Assembly: GCA_963745025.1 (NCBI GenBank)
Contig: CAVUWD010000010.1
Coordinates: 192,001 to 256,000, forward strand
DNA from: an uncultured delta proteobacterium
GTDB lineage: Bacteria; Desulfobacterota; Binatia; JACPRU01
DNA length: 64,000 nt
Direction: 5' to 3'
In this document: one piece after another, positions 53,731 through 64,000 of the stretch
How the letters are laid out: each line of letters starts with the position of its first letter
How positions within the stretch are numbered: the stretch's first letter is position 1
Translations under genes and position numbers: made by a program
Notes under the pieces: model-generated
What the model was told of the DNA's origin: nothing
The model's input: the letters and a program-made list of their open reading frames with translations, nothing else
Database searches by the model: none

Positions 53731-56700
53731 TCAACCTCCTCGAGCCGCCTCGCCTCGCAGCCTGCGCAGGACGAGTTCCAGCAGGAAAACCCCCATCGCC
53801 GCGGGCAGCAGAAACGGCGCCAAGGGCACCTTTTCTTCCGGCGTCGGCGCCGGCTTGATCCGATCGAGCGTCGGGTTCACCTCGCCGCCGGTCGAACGGG
53901 CAATCTCCTCGAGCAGCTGCCAATTGGGCTCGCGGCGCGGCCGCTCCACCGTCGCGGATTTCGGGATCGTGTAACCGAGCGGCGATTCGGTCGCCGATCC
54001 GCGCGCCGCGCGGATGTCGATACGATAGTCGCCGGCAACGCGCGTCGCGAACGAGCCGCGGTAGTGACCCGGAGCGACTCGTTCGAGGGGGAGCTCTTCC
54101 GTTCGCCCGTCGGGCGAGGAGATCTTCGCGCTCACCGCTCCGGCCGGGTCCTGGTCGAAGCGGCTGTAGTCGATCTCGAGGGCGCCGTCGCGATACGCGA
54201 GGGCGAACCGCGGCTGCGCCCCGCGGCCCTCCGGAGCGAGCCAACCGACGAGATCGCCCCACAGCCGGCTCCACTCCTTCCAGCGAAGCCAGCGATCCGA
54301 CCATCGACCATCGGCGTCGGTCGTGACCGCCAGAGCGCGTCCGCGCCCGTACTCCCAGGAGGCGATCAGCGGCGCCGACGATTCGGCCACACCGACGTCG
54401 CGCCGCGCGAGCGGCTTGAGCTCGGTCTCGACGAGCCCCAGCACGGCCGGCCAGCGTGAATCGCTCGCGGCGAGCGCACCGACGACCGGCGAGTCGCGCA
54501 TCGGCAATGGGCGGAACTCTCGCTCGGCGAGCGTCTTTTCCCGGCCGTGCTCCTCGAACTCGCCGAGCACGAGCTCCGGCAGGCTCGCGGCATCGGCGGT
54601 CTCGTGAAACGCGCCGCGCCCGTAGGAGGCGATTCGCTCGAGGAACACGGTGTCCGCATCGTGGCCGAGCGCGATCGTCGAGATCGTCACGCCCTGCTCC
54701 GCGAGTGCGAGCGCGAGATCGTAGTAATTGCGGCGGCCGGCGGCGCTTTCGGCGTCTTCGCTGAGACCGTCGGAAAGCACGATGATGTGGCGCCGCTTCG
54801 CTTCCTCGCCGAGGAGCTGGCGTCGCGCCTCCTCGAGCGCAGGGAACAGCCGCGTTCCTCCGGAGGGCTTCAGACGGTCGATCCGATACGCGAAGTCCTC
54901 GCGGATCTCGCCCACGTCGGAGAGCGGCACGACGGTGAACGGCTCGCGATCGAAGCCGATCACGGCGATGCGGTCGCGGTCCTTCAGGTGCTCCACGAGC
55001 TGACGCGCCGCCTCGCGAGCGAACGAGATCCGGTGCTCGTCGCGCATGCTCCCCGACTTGTCGATGACGAGCGCCACGGCATTGCGCGGCTCGTCTCGGG
55101 AGCGTTCCTTCATCCGCACCGGCAAGGCTTCCTCGACCGGCGAACCCTGGTATCCGCCGAGCCCGAAGCTCCTCGGCCCGCCTACCATGGCGAGGCCGGC
55201 GCCGCCGCGAACCTGCTCGCGCAGCGCCGCGGGGTAGCCTCCCGGAAGATCGCCACTCGGTACGTCGTTCAAGACGACCGCCGCGAAGCCGCCGGGATCG
55301 GGGAGCGGATCGCCGCTGCCGCGGGCCACCGACGTCACGCGAAAACCGCGTTGCTCGAGGGCGGACGCGAGGTCTCGGTTGTCGCGCGCATCGTGCCCGA
55401 CGAGCAAGATCCTCCGTCCGCCACCGACGGCGACCCAGGCCTTGGCGACATCGTTCGCGCGATCGAGGTCCGTCGCTGGATCCGTCGGCTGGAACTCCGC
55501 GACGAACTCGAGGAGTCCCGCGCCCGTGAAGAGAATCGGCCGGGTGATCACGCTGTCCCCGGGCGGCACCTTGACCTCGTCGCGGACGAGCGTCTTGGTT
55601 CCCTGGCGCACCAGCAGCCGTCCCGACACGGTGGTCGGGTTGTCGCTCCGAAACCAAACCTCCGCGCGGGCCGCCTTGCCGGCCGGGCTCTCTGCGGGGA
55701 GCGAGAGCGAGTGGAGCGCGACGTCCTTGCCGAGCAATTGCGTTTCCGCGATCGGATAGACCCGCACGTCTCGCTTCGTCAGCGCGTCGAGCGCGTGCTT
55801 CGCCTCGCCTCGCGTCTGCCAACCGTCGGTTACGAGGAAGACCGCCGCCGCGGAACCTCGGTTCGCCGCCTCGAGGAGGGCCGCTTCGAGATCGGTATCG
55901 TTGTCGTCGGCTGCCCGCGCCGACGATCCGAGCTCGGCGACAGTCGTCGAGAACGGATGGCCGGCGAAGGCGATCACCGGATCGGCGGGATGGAGACCGA
56001 TCGCGTCGAGCGCATGCGCGCGCGCGGCGTCGAGCACGCTCTTCGAGACGTCGATCAAGGCGAGCGGCTTCGGCGCCACGCCGGCGATGGCGCGCATCGG
56101 ATCGAGCCAGGCGGCGATCAGCAGCGCCGTGACAAGGACGCGGAGGCCCCAGGCAAAGCCCCCGCTCGCGCCGTGAAACCATGCCTCGAGGGCGAGGAGC
56201 AGGAGCGCCGCCAGCGTCAGCGCCGGCCACAGGGGGTGCGATTTCGTAGCGGGCTTCGCAGGCGGGCTCTCGCGGGTCGGCAACGGCAGGGTGGCCGGAC
56301 GCTCGAGATTGGACTCCGTTCGCCCGATCGGAATGCATTGCCCCGCACCTGCGGTCTCGCCCCCGCCGCCATGGAGCATCCACGACAGGAGGTTCAACGT
56401 GAGGATCGACACCGGGCGATTGCGATCGCCGAGATAGGGCAGGAGATCGATGCCGCTGACCACGGCCGGCGTCGCGCCGGCTCGGCCGAGGATCACCGCG
56501 CCGCCGTTGGCCAACGCGAGCGGCTGCCAGCCGGACGACTCCTTCAGCGTCAGTGCCCGGCGCGGTTGAAGGGCGGCCGGATTCAGGTATCGCGCGACCG
56601 GGTGCGTGACGACCGGGAACGCGATCGTCGGGCGATCGACGCGTCCGGACGTGGGGGGCAGGAAGGGCGCATCGGGCGGCAAGAGGTAGAGCGCGGGCGA

Positions 56701-57789
56701 CTCGGGAGGAGCCGCGGGCGCGGCGAGATGGAAGATCACGAGGTCGCGCCCGCGCGCGAGCTCGGGGCGGTAACGCTCGGGCTCGACCACCTCGAGGTGG
56801 AAGCCGAGAATCCTCTCGAGCGCCGAGAACCCGCTCGCATCCGCCGCGACGAGCAGCACGCTGCCGCCGGTCGTCGCTCGGGGCACGATCGAAGCCTCAT
56901 CGTCGAGCGGCAACGCGTCCTTGCCCTCGATCTTTACACGCAGCTCCGCCGTCGCGGGTGCGTCTGCCGTGAAGCTCGCGGCGCCCTCGGCGCCGAGCTC
57001 CAACTCGCCGCTTCGGATCAACGTCCGCCGCGTCGTGTCCTCGACCCGGATCGGCACGCGTGCGGGCCGCGGCGAGAAGTTCTCGACGACGACGTTCAGG
57101 GAAGCGGGACGATCGGCGACCGAGGAGGGGACCAAGCTGAGATCGGTGATCGCCCGGTTCGACGTGGGAGAGCCGATGCGGGCGAGCTCGAAGGGGCCGA
57201 TCGAGGTGCCGGGCCGGTCGGTGACGACGTGGATCCTGGCGTACCCCTGGCGCGAGAGCCGGTCGAAGAAAGAGAGGAGCACCGTCTCGTCGGGGTGGGC
57301 GCAGCTCGCGGGAGAGAGCTCGGCGAGGCGACTTCTCGCCTGACGCGGCGAAAGGCCCTGCGCGAGGTCGTGCGGCATCGGCGACAGCACGAACAGATCC
57401 CAGTTGCCGGCCGGGTCTCGCGCGACCTCCCGGTCGGCCGCCCGCACCGCGGCGGCGAAGCGCGTCTCTCCCGACCCTTCGATCGCCGAGAGGCTCGCCG
57501 AGTTGTCGAGGACGAGGGCCGAGCGGACGTCGTTCGAGCGCAGCGCCGGCCGGCAGAGTGCCGCGATCGCCACGATCAGCAGAAGGAGCTGCAGCAGGAA
57601 GAGCGGACGGAGGCGGAGCGAGCCGCCGAGGCGCAGTCGCTGCGCGGGCTCGACGCCGTTGAACAGAAAGAGAGCGGGCACCGTCCTTCGGCGCGGTCGC
57701 TGGCGGAGCAGGTAGGGCACGAAGAGGAGCGGAACGAGCGAGAGCCAGAGAAGGCCCGCCGGGTTGAGGAGCTCGGGCACCAGTGACAC
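53731..57789 (-). CDS. BatA-like, multi-vWA membrane protein with a glutamine amidotransferase-like domain
   Basis: N-terminal LLNP..L TM; MIDAS-like motifs DNSAS, DVSKS, DKSGS; GG..SFGLGGY..SPVE..LPV. Confidence 0.8.
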   Translation of the reverse strand: MSLVPELLNPAGLLWLSLVPLLFVPYLLRQRPRRRTVPALFLFNGVEPAQRLRLGGSLRLRPLFLLQLLLLIVAIAALCRPALRSNDVRSALVLDNSASLSAIEGSGETRFAAAVRAADREVARDPAGNWDLFVLSPMPHDLAQGLSPRQARSRLAELSPASCAHPDETVLLSFFDRLSRQGYARIHVVTDRPGTSIGPFELARIGSPTSNRAITDLSLVPSSVADRPASLNVVVENFSPRPARVPIRVEDTTRRTLIRSGELELGAEGAASFTADAPATAELRVKIEGKDALPLDDEASIVPRATTGGSVLLVAADASGFSALERILGFHLEVVEPERYRPELARGRDLVIFHLAAPAAPPESPALYLLPPDAPFLPPTSGRVDRPTIAFPVVTHPVARYLNPAALQPRRALTLKESSGWQPLALANGGAVILGRAGATPAVVSGIDLLPYLGDRNRPVSILTLNLLSWMLHGGGGETAGAGQCIPIGRTESNLERPATLPLPTRESPPAKPATKSHPLWPALTLAALLLLALEAWFHGASGGFAWGLRVLVTALLIAAWLDPMRAIAGVAPKPLALIDVSKSVLDAARAHALDAIGLHPADPVIAFAGHPFSTTVAELGSSARAADDNDTDLEAALLEAANRGSAAAVFLVTDGWQTRGEAKHALDALTKRDVRVYPIAETQLLGKDVALHSLSLPAESPAGKAARAEVWFRSDNPTTVSGRLLVRQGTKTLVRDEVKVPPGDSVITRPILFTGAGLLEFVAEFQPTDPATDLDRANDVAKAWVAVGGGRRILLVGHDARDNRDLASALEQRGFRVTSVARGSGDPLPDPGGFAAVVLNDVPSGDLPGGYPAALREQVRGGAGLAMVGGPRSFGLGGYQGSPVEEALPVRMKERSRDEPRNAVALVIDKSGSMRDEHRISFAREAARQLVEHLKDRDRIAVIGFDREPFTVVPLSDVGEIREDFAYRIDRLKPSGGTRLFPALEEARRQLLGEEAKRRHIIVLSDGLSEDAESAAGRRNYYDLALALAEQGVTISTIALGHDADTVFLERIASYGRGAFHETADAASLPELVLGEFEEHGREKTLAEREFRPLPMRDSPVVGALAASDSRWPAVLGLVETELKPLARRDVGVAESSAPLIASWEYGRGRALAVTTDADGRWSDRWLRWKEWSRLWGDLVGWLAPEGRGAQPRFALAYRDGALEIDYSRFDQDPAGAVSAKISSPDGRTEELPLERVAPGHYRGSFATRVAGDYRIDIRAARGSATESPLGYTIPKSATVERPRREPNWQLLEEIARSTGGEVNPTLDRIKPAPTPEEKVPLAPFLLPAAMGVFLLELVLRRLRGEAARGG

Positions 57790-57793
57790 TTCG

Positions 57794-58705
57794 TCACTCC
57801 CGCAAGAGCCCGAGGGCGGGAAGCTCCGTCAGCACGAAGTCCTCGAGGTCGCTCGAGGTGTCGTAGAAGGCGTACTGCACTCCTGCGCGATGACAGAAGT
57901 TGCGCAGGTCGCGCCGGTGGCGGGTCAGGTTCTGAAGATAGATCGCTCGGCCACGATCGTCGAATCGCAGATCGCTCTCTTGGCCGCTCTCGGCATCGAC
58001 CAGACGCTCGACGCCCAAAGCCGCGGGAGCGAGCTCCTGCGGCCCGAGGGTCTGGATGACGAGCAGGTCGAGCTTCGCCGCGCGAAGCAGATTCACGCCA
58101 GCCTGGAACTCCTCGATCGGGATCAGCAGATCGGAAATCAGAATCCCCTTGCCGGGGCGTCGCAGGGAGGCGAGGTGGGGGGCGAGCGAACGCCTCAGGT
58201 CGAGCGCTCCGCCCGGGGACTCTCGCTCGAAGAACTCGCGGGCGTCGAGCATGCGGCGGCGGCCGAAGTAGAACGGGCTCGCGTCGCTTCGGCCCGTCTT
58301 CAATCGGTGCAGGCGCACGGAGTCGCCCGACGAAAGAATGACGTAGCAGAGCGCGAGCGCCAGCGCCGTAGCCGCCCGGTACTTCGTGTCTTCCTCCGGG
58401 TGCGCCATCGAGGCGCTCGCATCGATGAAGAGATAGCCGAAGAGATCCTCTTCCTCCTGGAACACCTTCACGTAAAGGCGATCGGTGCGCGCGTAGAGTC
58501 CCCAGTCGACGGCTCGCGGGTCGTCGCCCGCGGCGTAGCTGCGATAGTCGGCGAACTCGAGGCTCGTGCCGCGGCGCGGGGAGAGGTGCATGCCCTTGCG
58601 CTTGCCGAGAAAGCGGCGGCGCGCGCGCAGGCGCAGCGTCTCCAGCCGGTTCAGAAAGTCCTGCGAGAAGTCGAGGCTAGGAGACTGCGTCACAGATCGC
58701 GTCAC
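57794..58705 (-). CDS. DUF58 protein
   Basis: EFADYRSYAAGDD...DW; IDASASM; ISD. Confidence 0.88.
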   Translation of the reverse strand: MTRSVTQSPSLDFSQDFLNRLETLRLRARRRFLGKRKGMHLSPRRGTSLEFADYRSYAAGDDPRAVDWGLYARTDRLYVKVFQEEEDLFGYLFIDASASMAHPEEDTKYRAATALALALCYVILSSGDSVRLHRLKTGRSDASPFYFGRRRMLDAREFFERESPGGALDLRRSLAPHLASLRRPGKGILISDLLIPIEEFQAGVNLLRAAKLDLLVIQTLGPQELAPAALGVERLVDAESGQESDLRFDDRGRAIYLQNLTRHRRDLRNFCHRAGVQYAFYDTSSDLEDFVLTELPALGLLRE

Positions 58706-58708
58706 GTG

Positions 58709-58772
58709 TCGCTTCCGTTGGTCGCGAGAGCTCCGCCGTGAGTGCTACCTCGATCGCTCCCGTTGGTCGCGA
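58709..58772. repeat. 19-bp direct repeat (18/19) between moxR and DUF58
   Basis: TCGCTTCCGTTGGTCGCGA (58709-27) and TCGCTCCCGTTGGTCGCGA (58754-72). Confidence 0.7.
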
Positions 58773-58808
58773 TCCCGTCTCCGGTCGAGCATTCTACCGA
58801 GCTAGCAG

Positions 58809-59826
58809 TCACGGCCGAGGCAGGCTCCGCAGAACCTCGGTGAGCAGGCTATCCTCGGTGACGTTCTCCGCCTCGGCCTGGAAGTTGAGGATCAGTCGGT
58901 GGCGCATCGCCGGCAGCACCGCGTCGGTGATGTCGTCGAGGCTCGTGTGTGCACGACCGTCGAGCAGCGCGTTCACCTTGGCGCCGAGCACGACCGCCTG
59001 AGCGGCACGCGGACCCGGACCGAACCGCACGTAGTTGCGGACGGCCGCGACCGAGCCGCCGCCGTTCGGCGCCGAGGCCGCGATGAGCGACACCACGAAA
59101 TTCTGCAGCGGCGGCGCGATCAGCACTTGGCGGACGAGCCGGCGCATGTCCGCGATCGCCTGCTGCCCGGCTTCACCCGCGAACACGACCGCGACGTCCG
59201 GCCGGTACTCCGTCGTGGTGCGATTGAGAATCTCGTTCAGCTCGGCGGCGTTCGGCGACTCCACCAGCAGCTTGAAGAGAAAGCGATCGAGCTGCGCTTC
59301 CGGAAGCGGGTAGGTGCCCTCGAGCTCGATCGGATTCTGCGTGGCGAGCACGAAGAAAGGGTCGAGCAACGGGTACGTCTCGCCGAACGACGGTGACCTG
59401 CCGCTCCTCCATCGCCTCGAGGAGCGCCGACTGCGTCTTCGGCGAGGCGCGGTTGATCTCGTCGGCGAGCACGATGTGCGCGAAGATCGGACCCGGCCGG
59501 AACCGGAACTCCCGGGTCGCTTTCTCCTCCGTCAGGATCTGCGCGCCGATGATGTCGGAAGGCATGAGATCCGGCGTGAACTGGATGCGCTTGAACGACA
59601 GGCCGAGGGCCTTGGTCACCGAGCGGACGATCAGCGTCTTGCCGAGCCCGGGAACGCCCTCGAGGAGCACGTGGCCGCCGGCGAAGAAGGCGGCGAGCAC
59701 CTTGCGGAGCACCGCTCGGTGGCCGACGATCACCTTGCCGACTTCCTGCTCGATCGCCCGGAAACGCTCGCGGAAGTCTTCGATGCGCTGCGCGGCATCG
59801 CTCTGCGACTCGGAAACGGCGCTCAT
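58809..59826 (-). CDS. moxR: MoxR-family AAA+ ATPase; frameshift at ~59389
   Basis: GVPGLGKT, RIQFTPDLMPSD, DEINRA in one frame; ATQNPIE.EGTYPLPEAQLDRF in the next. Confidence 0.88.
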
Positions 59827-59836
59827 TCGATCTCCT

Positions 59837-61324
59837 TCATGGCGGAGGAGGCTTGAGGGCGTCGCGATACTCGAGCGGTATCGGCTGTTCGGCTCCGACC
59901 TCGCCGGGGGAGCCGGCCACAGGAAGCGGGGCGTTACCGTATGGAACTTCGAGGTTCACGTCGCCGGGCTTGGCGACTTCCTCGGTGCCGGCGAGCGGCC
60001 GATCCTCGTCCGGGACGCGGACCCGCACGTATTGGCCGCCGACGATGCTTCCGCCGGGGCCTTCCCCGGGCTTGTAGTAACGCTCGGTGGGCTTGGCGTC
60101 GCCTCGCTGGGAGGGCTTCTGGCTCGCACCTTCGGCGCTAGCTCCCGGACCGCTTTGAGATGAGGGATTTTGCGCGTTCGGTCGTTGCTGTTCGCCGCCG
60201 CGCTCCGCCTTCGCCTCTCCCTGCTCGCCGCCCGGCTTCTCGTTGCCACCCGACTTGTCGGGAGCCTTTCCCGGTTGATTGCCGCTCGCCTCCCGCTCGC
60301 CGGGCTTGCGCTCCTTGGCGCCGCTCTCGGGACCCTGGATGCCTCCACCGGAGGGTTGCGGCTTCGCTTGCGTGTTCTTGCCCGGATCGGCCTTGGCCCC
60401 CTGGGATTCGCCGGCGAGCTCGCCGGCGATCCTCTCGAGCTCCTGCTTGGCCTGGCCGCGAGCGTTGCCTTCGCCGTTGCCGGCTCCGCCTGCTTGCTGC
60501 TGTTTCTCCTGGCCACTCCCTTGCGCGCCGGCACCGCCATCCTGCCGCTTGCCGTCCGCCTGCTGCTGTGGGCCTTGGTCTCCCTTCCCGCTGGCGCCGC
60601 CGGAGGAGCCTGCGGCGGAGATCTGCCGCTTCCGCTCTGCCTGATCGAGCTTGGCGAGCGCCTCCGCGATCTTCGCGCGCTTCTCCTCCTTCGACCGGCG
60701 TGGATCGTGAAGCGTCTTGGAGACGTCGCGCAGCACCTGGGCGAGCTCCCGGTCGGCCGCATCACCCGCGGCGAGCTCCGCCGCGATGCGATCGAGCCCG
60801 CCGCCGCCCGCCCCCGCGAGAGAAGTCAGCTGGGGAATCACCCACAGGAAGAGAAGCCCCGCGGCCGAGAGCGCGACGCTGGCGACGAGCGGTTGCTTCC
60901 GGCGCGGGGGAAGTGGCAGGTCTCCGGCGCTCGCGGCGAGCGCCGTCGCACCGGACTCGACGACCGGGAGAAGGCTTGCCGTTCGCTCGATCGTGGCGAG
61001 CGTCAGGAAGCGATCCTTGGCGCCGAGCGAGCGATCGAGGAAGCGTGCCGCCCGCGGCTTCGAGGCGACGAGTCCCGTGACGTGGAAGCCGAGGATCGCG
61101 AGCGCGATCGCCCCGGCGACGCCGATCTCGAGCGGAAGACGGCCGGCGGCGAGCGCCGTTGCGAGCGCAAGGAGGGGCGGGACGGCCGGCAGCAGGAGCT
61201 CGGACAGACGCCGGCGGTACCAGCGGAGCGCCGTCTCCTCGATCAGCCGATACGGGGGCGCCGTCTCGCCGGTCGGCGCCTCCGTTTTCAACCCGTTCGC
61301 ATCCATCGAAGCCTCGAAGATCAA
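59837..61324 (-). CDS. Membrane-anchored protein with a Gly/Gln-rich tail (MoxR cluster)
   Basis: Three TM segments, low-complexity tail, terminal IPLEYRD. Confidence 0.7.
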   Translation of the reverse strand: MIFEASMDANGLKTEAPTGETAPPYRLIEETALRWYRRRLSELLLPAVPPLLALATALAAGRLPLEIGVAGAIALAILGFHVTGLVASKPRAARFLDRSLGAKDRFLTLATIERTASLLPVVESGATALAASAGDLPLPPRRKQPLVASVALSAAGLLFLWVIPQLTSLAGAGGGGLDRIAAELAAGDAADRELAQVLRDVSKTLHDPRRSKEEKRAKIAEALAKLDQAERKRQISAAGSSGGASGKGDQGPQQQADGKRQDGGAGAQGSGQEKQQQAGGAGNGEGNARGQAKQELERIAGELAGESQGAKADPGKNTQAKPQPSGGGIQGPESGAKERKPGEREASGNQPGKAPDKSGGNEKPGGEQGEAKAERGGEQQRPNAQNPSSQSGPGASAEGASQKPSQRGDAKPTERYYKPGEGPGGSIVGGQYVRVRVPDEDRPLAGTEEVAKPGDVNLEVPYGNAPLPVAGSPGEVGAEQPIPLEYRDALKPPPP

Positions 61325-62337
61325 CGTGTCTCAAGCCTCGCATGGCGCGAGCGCTGATAGCGGTTCACCGCGCGGTTGTGGTCTGCGAGGCTCGTGCTGA
61401 ACTCGTGCGAGCCGTCCTCTCGGGCGACGAAATACAGATACGGCACGTCGGCCGGATGAATCGCGGCGAGCAACGAAGACCGTCCCGGGTTGGCGATCGG
61501 CCCCGGCGGCAGTCCCGGCTCGGTGTAGGTGTTGTAGGGCGTGCGCGTCTCCAGGTCCTTGCGCGTCAGGTTGCCGTTGAAGTTCTCGATCCCGTAGATC
61601 ACCGTCGGATCCGCCTGCAGTGGCATGCCGAGCCGCAGCCGGTTGCGGAACACCGCGGACACCAGCGGACGTTCCTCTTCGCGCGCGGTCTCCTTCTCGG
61701 TCACCGACGCGAGCGTCACGATCTGATGCACCGAGAAGCCGGCCTTCCGTGCTTCCGCAGCCATCTCCGGGGTGAAGACTTTGTGGAAACGGCCGACGAA
61801 CGCGGCGAGAACTTTCTCGGCACCGTCGAGCGGCGAGAAGAAGTAGGTGTCGGGGAAGAGGTAGCCCTCGAGACCGTCGGCGTCGATGGCCAAGGAACGC
61901 GCGAACGCGGCATCGTGCGCGAGCGCGACGAACCGTTCGGCGGGTCCGAGGCCGCTGTGCTCGAGAGTGAGCGCGAGGTCATGTACGGTCGCACCCTCGG
62001 CCAGCAGCACGTGGACCATCATCGCCTCGCCCGAGCGCATCTTGTCGACGAGCGCGATCGGCGAGAGCGCTTCGGCAAACTGATAGGCGCCGTGCTGGAT
62101 CGCGCGGTCGACGCCCTCGAAACGCGCCCAAAGCGTCAGCGCTAGCGCGCTCGGAACGAGCCCTGCGGCCTCGAGCCTCCTGGCGGTCGTGCGAAACGGC
62201 TCGCCCACGCCGACGTCGATGCGGATCGGAGCGGGGGGCGGCGGCCCGGGGCGCTCGAGCAAGAGAGCGAAGACGTAACGTGCGGCCGCGCTCCCGGCGA
62301 CCGCGATTACGAGGAGCACAAGGAGCGCGCGCTTCAT
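61321..62337 (-). CDS. mltG: Endolytic transglycosylase MltG
   Basis: LEGYLFPDTY, ASVTEKE, LQADPT, PYNTY..PGLPPGPI, YLYFVA. Confidence 0.92.
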   Translation of the reverse strand: MKRALLVLLVIAVAGSAAARYVFALLLERPGPPPPAPIRIDVGVGEPFRTTARRLEAAGLVPSALALTLWARFEGVDRAIQHGAYQFAEALSPIALVDKMRSGEAMMVHVLLAEGATVHDLALTLEHSGLGPAERFVALAHDAAFARSLAIDADGLEGYLFPDTYFFSPLDGAEKVLAAFVGRFHKVFTPEMAAEARKAGFSVHQIVTLASVTEKETAREEERPLVSAVFRNRLRLGMPLQADPTVIYGIENFNGNLTRKDLETRTPYNTYTEPGLPPGPIANPGRSSLLAAIHPADVPYLYFVAREDGSHEFSTSLADHNRAVNRYQRSRHARLETR

Positions 62338-62495
62338 TCCCTTCGGTCCGAGAACTAACACCCGCCGGAAGGGGCCGCAATGCGCACGGTCACCACGATT
62401 GACCAATAGGTCAGCGAAACGCCGTCTTTTTTCTTGACAAAAAATGTCAGTGTGGGAAACGTCTGCGAACCTTTTGATCCCGAAGCTGGGTTGGC

Positions 62496-63920
62496 ATGCG
62501 GAGGATGTGGAGAAACGCTCCCACGGAGCGAGATCGAAGGACGTATTTGCGTGTCGCCTTATTCGTGGCGCCCTTCGTCCTCCTCTTCGTGGTCCTGCTC
62601 GCCGTCAAATCGGCGGACTCTTCCGCTGCCTTCCGAATCGACAACCAGCTCGTGCTGGAGAATCTGAAGCGGCAGATCGCCGCGACGGCGCCGCAGACCG
62701 AGCTGGCGGTGACTCCCGAGGCGGTCGCTGTCCTGAACACCGAGGTTGCTGCCGCCACGACGACCACCTCTGCGTCAGAGCTTCGCGAGATCCGCGAGGT
62801 GGTGCACAAAGGCGACACGCTCGGTAGCATCCTTCGTCGCATCGGATTGAGCGCCGACGAGGTGACCCGTTGGTCGGGGACGACTCGTCGGCACGTGAGC
62901 CTCGGGCATTTGCAGCCCGGCCGTCGCTTCGCGTTTCTGCTGCCGAGCGGAACGGACCAACTCGCCGGTCTCCAGTACGAGGTGTCTCCAGAGGCCACGC
63001 TGGTGATGCGCAAGGACGGCGACGAGATCACGGCGCAAGTGGAGCGGCTGCCGCGGATGGTCGACACGCGCGTCGTCTCGGGCGTGATCGAATCGAGCCT
63101 CTACGCCGCCGCCGCGCGCCGCGGCGTGCCCGACTCGGTGATCTCGAGTCTCGTCGACATCTTCAGCTGGGAGATCGATTTCTCCTCGGACCTCGAGTCG
63201 GGTGACACGTTCCGCGTCGCCTACGAAGAGACGCGCGACGCGGTCGGAAGGGCCCAAGGCGGGCGGGTGATCGCTGCGGAGGTCGTCGTCGGCGGCAAGC
63301 GGTGGGACGCGGTCTATTTCGAGGACGCCGACGACGGCGGCAGCTACTATACACCGGAGGGGAAACCCTTCGGGCGCGCCTTCCTGCGATATCCGCTCGA
63401 GTTCACTCGGATCACGTCGCAGTTCACCTCGTCCCGCTTCCATCCGTTACTTGGCATCAACCGGCCCCATCTCGCCGTGGACTTCGCCGCGCCGATAGGC
63501 ACGCCGGTGCGGGCCATCGCCTCGGGACGAGTCGTGTACGCGGGCTGGAATGGCGGCTCCGGGCGCTACATCCGTATCGACCATGGGTCGGGAATCGAAA
63601 CCTCGTACTCGCATCTGCGGTCGATTTCGGCATCGGTACGCACCGGCATGCGGGTGCAGGTCGGGCAGATGATCGGCGCGGTCGGCGCAAGCGGGCTGAC
63701 GACCGGTCCCCACCTCCACTTCGCGCTCTATCGCAACGGAGTGTACGTCAACCCGATGACGGTGAAGCTGCCGGCCTCCCCGCCACTGCCGGCGCAGTAC
63801 ATGAGCGAGTTCGCCCGCACCCGCGACCAGGCGATGCGTCAGCTCGCGTCGGCCGGGACCGGGGAAACGCCCGGCGAGGTACGCATGGCGGGCGCCCCGG
63901 CAGCGTCGCGGACGAATTGA
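62496..63920 (+). CDS. M23 family murein endopeptidase (MepM-like)
   Basis: TM anchor, LysM-like VHKGDTL, RFHP...HLAVD (HxxxD), YSHL, TGPHLHF. Start uncertain. Confidence 0.88.
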   Translation: MRRMWRNAPTERDRRTYLRVALFVAPFVLLFVVLLAVKSADSSAAFRIDNQLVLENLKRQIAATAPQTELAVTPEAVAVLNTEVAAATTTTSASELREIREVVHKGDTLGSILRRIGLSADEVTRWSGTTRRHVSLGHLQPGRRFAFLLPSGTDQLAGLQYEVSPEATLVMRKDGDEITAQVERLPRMVDTRVVSGVIESSLYAAAARRGVPDSVISSLVDIFSWEIDFSSDLESGDTFRVAYEETRDAVGRAQGGRVIAAEVVVGGKRWDAVYFEDADDGGSYYTPEGKPFGRAFLRYPLEFTRITSQFTSSRFHPLLGINRPHLAVDFAAPIGTPVRAIASGRVVYAGWNGGSGRYIRIDHGSGIETSYSHLRSISASVRTGMRVQVGQMIGAVGASGLTTGPHLHFALYRNGVYVNPMTVKLPASPPLPAQYMSEFARTRDQAMRQLASAGTGETPGEVRMAGAPAASRTN

Positions 63921-64000
63921 CCGCGTCCTCCCGTTCCTCTCTACTCTGACGGTGATGGGTCGCGGCTATTTCACCCGCCCGCTGCCACGCCTGTTCGGCC

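Noticed and set aside
58709-58772. Possible CRISPR remnant
   Set aside because: Only two 19-bp units and no cas genes.

Overview
High-GC bacterial DNA (visually about 65-70% GC) with two parts. (1) About 1-47.4 kb is an accessory stress/hypoxia/dormancy-type island. It carries a Pcm-erythromycin esterase fusion, HPF-cold-shock fusion, YbaK, four USPs, four CBS proteins, three Hsp20-like proteins, two groEL copies without groES, prs-pncB, acsA-pdhA-pdhB-E2-ACP (no E3), ACP-FAAL-PlsC, a split cfa-like methyltransferase around an FAD reductase, a CarS-like gene, malic enzyme, adenosine-specific kinase, a Lon-like protease, a cDPGS/ArcE-like enzyme with carbamate kinase, RtcA, a BON protein, cytochromes c and a signal-less avidin. 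Much of this content parallels the mycobacterial DosR regulon. However, at least nine transcription units have a sigma-54 (GG-N10-GC) promoter, and seven sigma-54 or near-match promoters have a shared 12-bp palindrome (YGRGAATTCYCR-like) about 45-85 bp upstream. This suggests an undescribed sigma-54/enhancer-controlled dormancy regulon. (2) About 47.4-64 kb looks like core genome: mutY, glgP, hemW, a HAD nucleotidase, lexA with a direct-repeat operator, a MoxR-DUF58-vWA cluster, mltG and an M23 peptidase. Six otherwise intact genes have single-base frameshifts, most simply explained as long-read assembly indels. I saw no rRNA, tRNA, CRISPR array or transposase. All family calls are from motif recognition by eye; no searches were run.
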